64,000 nucleotides of DNA from the human T2T-CHM13v2.0 reference genome, Homo sapiens, in assembly GCF_009914755.1 (NCBI RefSeq), contig NC_060944.1. The stretch is one strand, 5' to 3'. The notes under the pieces are model-generated. The model was not told the origin of the DNA and did not search any database. It worked only from the letters and a program-made list of their open reading frames with translations. The translations under genes and the position numbers were made by a program. Positions 58,028 through 64,000 of the stretch are shown here, piece after piece; the stretch's first letter is position 1, and every line of letters starts with the position of its first letter.

Positions 58028-60758
58028 GCCATCTTGGGAAGTCCATACTTTCAGACTAAACCATAGTGCTCCAGTCATAAGTCTACTCTTTTCATTAACC
58101 TCTTACCATACCTAACTTAGACTCAGGGGACACATTCTGAGGCCGGGCCTGCTCCAAATAGCCACACTTGGATTTCAAGGAACCCCTCCACGTGAAACAG
58201 ATGTATTTGCCAAAGTTGGCCGTCTTCTTCCCCTTGAAAGAAGGCCTCCTGTTGAGAAGTCAGTAAGGGGAATAGTAGCAGAGAGAGCTGAAATCGAGAC
58301 AGGAGCCCCCTGGTTGTGTAACTGATAGGCTATGTAATGTCAGGAAAATCTGTAATCCCTGCATGCCTCATTTCTCTCACCCAGCTCTGAAGGTGTGAGA
58401 GAGGGGAGCAGCACCCTGTAGCATGGTAGAAAAATAGCATGGGCTTCCGACTTGGACACGGTCCCAGCTCTGTCCCTTACCAGCTGCTGGAGTTTGGAGA
58501 AGTGGCCCAGCTCTCTGAGCATCACTGTCCACACCTGGCTTGCCGGGATTTTCAGTGGGAACGTGTGCAGAGCACTTGGCAGTGATGCAGGAACTCAACC
58601 AAAGGCAGAGATTTTTTTATAATCATGTGTTTATGTTAAAACCCTATCATGTGGAATGAATGATTCTGTGAAGTTTTATTGCTATGTACTAATTCCCAGT
58701 TTCTAGCTATCACCTGGTATTTGAGCTCTTCCTAAAAACCCAACACTGCTGCTTGGTCACCTGAGAGGCTTAAGAAAAGCAGCAGACTCTCTCTGTCCTG
58801 CAGGAAGCTCAGGGTCTAAGATGGTAAGGTTGGAGCACACGACAAGGCTAGTGGGATCTGAGGTCGTCCATGCCTTTTCACTGGGCAGGGGGACAGAAGA
58901 GTTCCCATAGAGACTGGGCCCTCTGGGAGTGTTTCCTGGGGAAGGCGTGTGGATGGGAACCCAAAGGGTGAATGCGATCTGAGTGACAGATAGGGGGTGG
59001 GAGTTGGGGTAGCCAGATCAGCAGGAGCTGAAGACCCAAAGCAGGAGGGAGGCTGTCACCTCAAGAGAAGATCAACTTGAGGCCAAGGCATCTTTTCTGG
59101 AATTTTTGCCCTGGCAAGTGACTGCAGTGAGGTTTTATGGGTTTGGTTTTGTGTTTTTTTGGATGTGATTTGCAGCCACTGTTGTAGCTTATTAAAGTAC
59201 CTCCTGTGCACCTCACTCCACCTGCTATGTGTACTATCACTGGTCTTTGTACCCGGCAAAGTAGACATTTCCTCATTTTAGGCTGAGCAAACTGAGGCTC
59301 GGGGGACCCTGACTTGGTGAAGGTCAGCTGGGATGTAAATTTTGGATCTTCCTACTCCAAAGCCCATGCCTTGAGAGAACACCACCTCCAAGCCACGCTC
59401 CTCTGCATTTGGGGCCTGCCCCTGGATATCTGCCTGTGGGTGAGCTGCCTTGGTTTGGTCTCCTGGTCAGGGCTCAGATGTCGTAAGGCGTGGACCTGTG
59501 GTCTTCTGGGTTGTCATGGAGCACTGCGAAGCTCCTGTTGTATATGTTGTATAATCTCTGCCCTCTTGCTCCTCTTTTTCCTAACATTTTGCCCGTTCTG
59601 TATACCCGAAGACTGAAAACAGTGTTATCCCATTTGTCAGTACTCCCATTCCTTCGACCCTGACAACAGGCACGTTCACAGCACAGTCATCCCTGTTTTT
59701 GCCCTACTTTAAGCACCACAGTTGGGAGCGCAGCCTTAGAGGAATGATGCATCAGGAAGCGTGACTCCCTGGCCTTGGTGCCTCTGAGTGATTGGAGGAG
59801 ACATTCGTGCTGGGGCCACCGAACCCCCAGGGCTGGCATGTTGATGTCTGAATGTGAAAAGCCAGATGCTTTGGTGTATTAAACAAGTGAAGAATGACTA
59901 ACCCCACTTAGAGGAAGGAGAGGACTGCCGTCTGTGACCCTGACAGATGACTTTGCCTCTGTGCACTTGTGAGGCCTGCTTGCTCCACAGCACGATATGC
60001 TGAAAATTAATAACCTGAGCCTCAGTTTGCTCATCTGTAAAATGAGGATAATTCTTACATGGTCCTTTGGACAAATGAGGTGTTGCATATTCAGTTTGCA
60101 CGGCAGCTAGCATGTCATAGGTATCATTAGCTACAGTGATAATGCCACTACACAGGACTGCGGGTGAATTTAGGTAGGAGTGAATTCTTGGCTAGCCACC
60201 CAATAATACCCCACTTTGAGTTTATACTGTACCTTAGTCTATGAGTATGCCAATGGGATGACTTTCTTTTCTATTAACTAAATCTGAGAGTCAGGATAGA
60301 AAGAGAAAATTGGGCTTTGGGTTTGAAGTCCCAGTCTGTGATACCCTAAGAACCAAAATGACCATTAACATGAATGACAGCAAGATCGATCTTACTGAAT
60401 GCCCCACCCTGGGTCAGGTGCCATGACAGGCAATTTACTTGAAGAATTCTTCACTCTTCACAGCAGGCCCCTGAAGAGGAAAGAGTTCCATGCCCATTTT
60501 CTAGTTTAGGAGAAGGAGATCATGGAAGTAGCTAGTAAATGGCAGAGCTTGCATTTGAACCAGGACTGTCTGCCATAGAGCCTGTGTTCTTCCCTGAGGG
60601 AGCACTGGAGTGACGATAAACCTCGTGGTTACCAGACTTCCACATTTCCTAAGATGGTGCAATTTTAAAAACTGGGGAGGCAGGTCCAGGAGGGAAGCAA
60701 TTTTTAAAACCATTCCTACTTACTTTCATCATCATTTCATCAAAGAAATGATGTTTTA

Positions 60759-61067
60759 GGCCAGGCATGGTAGCTCATGCCTGTAATAATCCCAGCACTT
60801 TGGGAGACCAAGGCAGGAGGATTGCATGAGCGAAGCCAGGAGTTTGAGACCAGCCTGGGCCACATAATGAGACCCCGTCCCTACAAAAATAAAAATTAAA
60901 TCTAGCCAGGTGTAGTGGCATGTACCTATAATCCCAGCTGCTCAGGAGGCTGAGGCAGGAGGGTTGTTGAGCCCAGGAATTTAATGCTGCAGTGAGCTAT
61001 GGTTGTGCCACTGTACTCCAGCTTGGGTGACAGAGTGAGACCCTGTGTCTTAGAAAAGAAAGCAAAA
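60759..61067 (+). mobile_element. Alu (AluJ-like)
   Basis: ggccaggcatggtagctc head, J-type arms and A-rich tail. Confidence 0.93.
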
Positions 61068-64000
61068 GGTAATGACATTTTGACACTAATAAAGTAGGAA
61101 GGCCATCCTTTTAGAGTAAGGGATAATCACCAAGGTATTCTGTGCCTGCAGGCTGAGGAGTAGGGGAAGGAGGTGAACACGTGAGCCATCCTTGTCTCCA
61201 GCCCCATCCTGCTGTGCATGTTCCCCTCATATCTCCCAGGCTTCTGTTCTCCAAGCTGCTAATGGCCTTCATGAAAGTAGTTCAGTTTCTCAGTCTTCTT
61301 AAACAGACCAGACACCTGCCTGACTGGCAGAGAAGCTTGCTGGAAGACCGTTCACTGCCTGGTTGGCACCATGTCCCCTTTTGTCCCCCGAGCACTAGAC
61401 CTGTGCACAGGCACGTAAGCCTTCCATGAGCCTTTTTTCTGAGTGAGTCTATTTATAAATGAAGGGATTAGATGGGTTTTAAACTCCACTTAAGACTCTT
61501 CTTGTCTTCTCTAGGAAGGGATTTTGCATCGTTACATGTCAAAAGCAGGGGATTTGGAGTGAGACTGCCCTGAGTTAAACCCTTTTCTCTACCACTTACT
61601 GTCTATGAGGCTGTTCTCTCTGAGCTTCAGTTTTCTCATCTCTAAGACTAGGGGGACGATAACCCCTACCTCTTAGGGTTGCTGGGGTGAAATGAGGCAA
61701 TGGATGTAAAACACTCGATCCTTTAACAGTGATTGGAAAGCAGTGTTGCTTTACGAGGTTGTTGCCTATAACACAGTTAGAACTTGCACAGACAGACTGC
61801 TCAATAAGTGATTGCTGTTATGCCAGTTACAGAGAAATAAGAAGGTGGGGTGCACTGAGAGAACTTGGTCCAAGAGCTGAAATGAGAAAGGATTCATAGC
61901 ACATTTTCCCAGATCACTGACACCTTCCACCCCCAAGGTCATCTCAGGTGCAAGCCACTGGAACCATTGCTGAGCCGGCTTTGGAAGCACTGATTGAAGA
62001 CTATCATAGTGCAGAGACTTTGGGTAGTAAAGCTGGAAAACTTTGGATTAAGTGCTGGTTCTACTGCTCAGCAACTCTGGTGTGGGGCAAGTTGCTCCAT
62101 TTCTCTGGGCCTGTTTTCTTGTGAAAACTGGCCAAATCCCTCCTCACAGTAATCATGGAAGGGCACTACAGATGTCAGTTGCAGGTTTATCACATCACCA
62201 CTTTTCATTATGCTTAGCAGGTGTGATTTTTGCCCTCAAGGAGCGGGCTCTGGTCAGAGGTAGGGGTTCCACAGAGAGGAATGAGAAGAGCCCCGGTAGA
62301 AGCTGGTAGCCAGGCAGTCAGGCACAGCCTGAGCAGTCAGGGAGCTGAGATGTGGCATCTGCTAGGATGAAGCACCACAAGCCTAAGGCCTCCCCAAGGG
62401 CCCACTGGGGCTGAGACCTACACCCTTTATTGTGCCCACAAGTACCTGGGAGGGTCTGTGCTTAAACTCAGAACCATGTGGTCTGAGCCATTCCTGTTCA
62501 TAGCTACAGAAAGCGCCTCTACTACCTTCGGTGAGCTTACTGTGCTGTTAGCTCCCTGGGAAAAGTGCTCTTTCTGTGATGGCGGACGGGAAAAGAACCC
62601 CAAGCCAAGATCCTCTCCCCAATAGAGAGCCCTCTTATTTTCCTTCTTTGTGCCCACAAGAGAGAACCAGACTCAGACCTGTAGGCTGTTCTGAGGCTTC
62701 CAACAGGAGGGCCAGAGCCAGTGCCAGAGCTAGAGGGAGCAGGGAGGAGCCTTTGGGAAATGTCAGCTTCACTTCCTGGCATGGGACCCAGTGATTACAG
62801 CGGTCATTACAAGCTGGTGTCTCAGGAGTTCTTGCAGAGTGCTGTGCTGTTGGTCTGACCTTCTGTAGTCACACTGTGTTCTGCTAGTTTATTATGTAAA
62901 AAGGAACCTCTGGTTTCTGAACCTGCCTCCTTGCCAACACTGCTTTTCAGCTGCCACATGCTACCTTCCTGCTGATGGGCATCCTTTTCAGGAGATTGTC
63001 CGCAGGGAGGGAGGAAAGGAATGCTGGAAAGCCATAACTGGTCCCAAAGATTATTTTAGCACATCACATGTGGCTGTATAATTTCTCATCGTATTTCACA
63101 AGGTCTTAATGTCTCAGATGGTGAGGGCCTACCCTAAATACCCTCTTCCCCCATCTTCAGGTTGATCTGCTGTGTCTACGGAAAGCACGGAGAGAAAGCA
63201 ATAGGCATGCTAAATAGAGCTAGAGTTTGAGATGGCTGCTGAATCATCAGGGAATATGTTTATGATGATTTTCTTTTTCCAAGTCAAAAACTGGGATACA
63301 AGACCCACAAGTGGATTTTTTTGAGGGGAATTAACAGACCAAGGAACAGAAGCAGCAGAGTGAAAGACTGGGCCCGAAAAATCCTGTATTTTCTTTCCAG
63401 ATCAGCCACACCCACTTTCTTGGTCACCCGCTCCCTGGGCAGTAGAGCAGGGAGTCACATAGTCTAACCTCCCGTTTGGCAGTGTGGAAGCTCTCCTTTG
63501 TCCACTGGGCATGGAAGAGTCCAGACAAGACCCCACATCTGGACCTTTCTATTGGAGCTGCCAGCTTTTCTTGTTCATTAAAGTACCCTATTTTTCCTAT
63601 TAAAAACTAAAATATAACATTGGTGTGTGTTCATTATTAAAAATCAGAAGTGAGGGAAGAGGAAAATCCAGTCACAACAAGCACAACATGTTGGTGTATT
63701 TATTGTCAGATTTTCCTACACTGAGGGGTTTGTGTTTTTACATAGTTATGGTCATGCTGTGCGCTACACAACTTTGTAACCTACCCTTTCCACCTACCCC
63801 AGGGAAGTGCTTTTGTCATAATCTTCAAAATGTCATGCAATGATCTCATTTCCTCTGTAGTATATCAGTGCGTTGAAGGATCATTTGCTTACTTAATCCT
63901 TATTTTTGGACTTGTGAGTTGTTATATTTCAGTGAACTTCTTTATCCATAAAGTTCTTTTCATATTTAGGTTTATCTGTTAAGCTTGGCTTTCAGGAGTG

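Noticed and set aside
61490-63410. Acceptor-like sites in distal intron 3 (e.g. 61514, 63160, 63400) as the STK35 last exon
   Set aside because: No matching donor or 3'UTR/poly(A) evidence; such motifs are frequent by chance, and the true last exon probably lies beyond the window.

Overview
Human (primate) genomic DNA containing most of the STK35 (CLIK1/STK35L1, NKF4-family Ser/Thr kinase) gene on the + strand. Bases 1-~23.6 kb are repeat-rich upstream sequence (Alu, L1, L2, MIR, MaLR/ERVL LTRs, hAT-Charlie and Tigger DNA transposons, including a multi-layer nest at 5.1-7.9 kb). A CpG island at ~23.66-25.46 kb holds the promoter and the first two coding exons. The full CDS is 23907-24200 + 24793-25390 + 38691-39403 (1605 nt, 534 aa plus stop), with GT-AG junctions. 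A donor 37 nt after the stop (39440/39441) opens a 3'UTR intron; no terminal exon was recognised before the window ends. Nearly all other ORFs in the track are Alu/L1-derived or GC-rich artefacts. No new protein-coding system is evident. The best leads are regulatory and RNA-level: (1) a tandem D-box plus E-box module inside coding exon 1; (2) a 750-nt phase-symmetric exon 3 flanked by inverted Alus (circRNA-prone); (3) a candidate alternative terminal exon in intron 2 that would delete the catalytic lobe; (4) a foldback hairpin at an Alu-monomer junction; (5) several local duplications. Repeat family names come from recalled consensus similarity and repeat boundaries are approximate.
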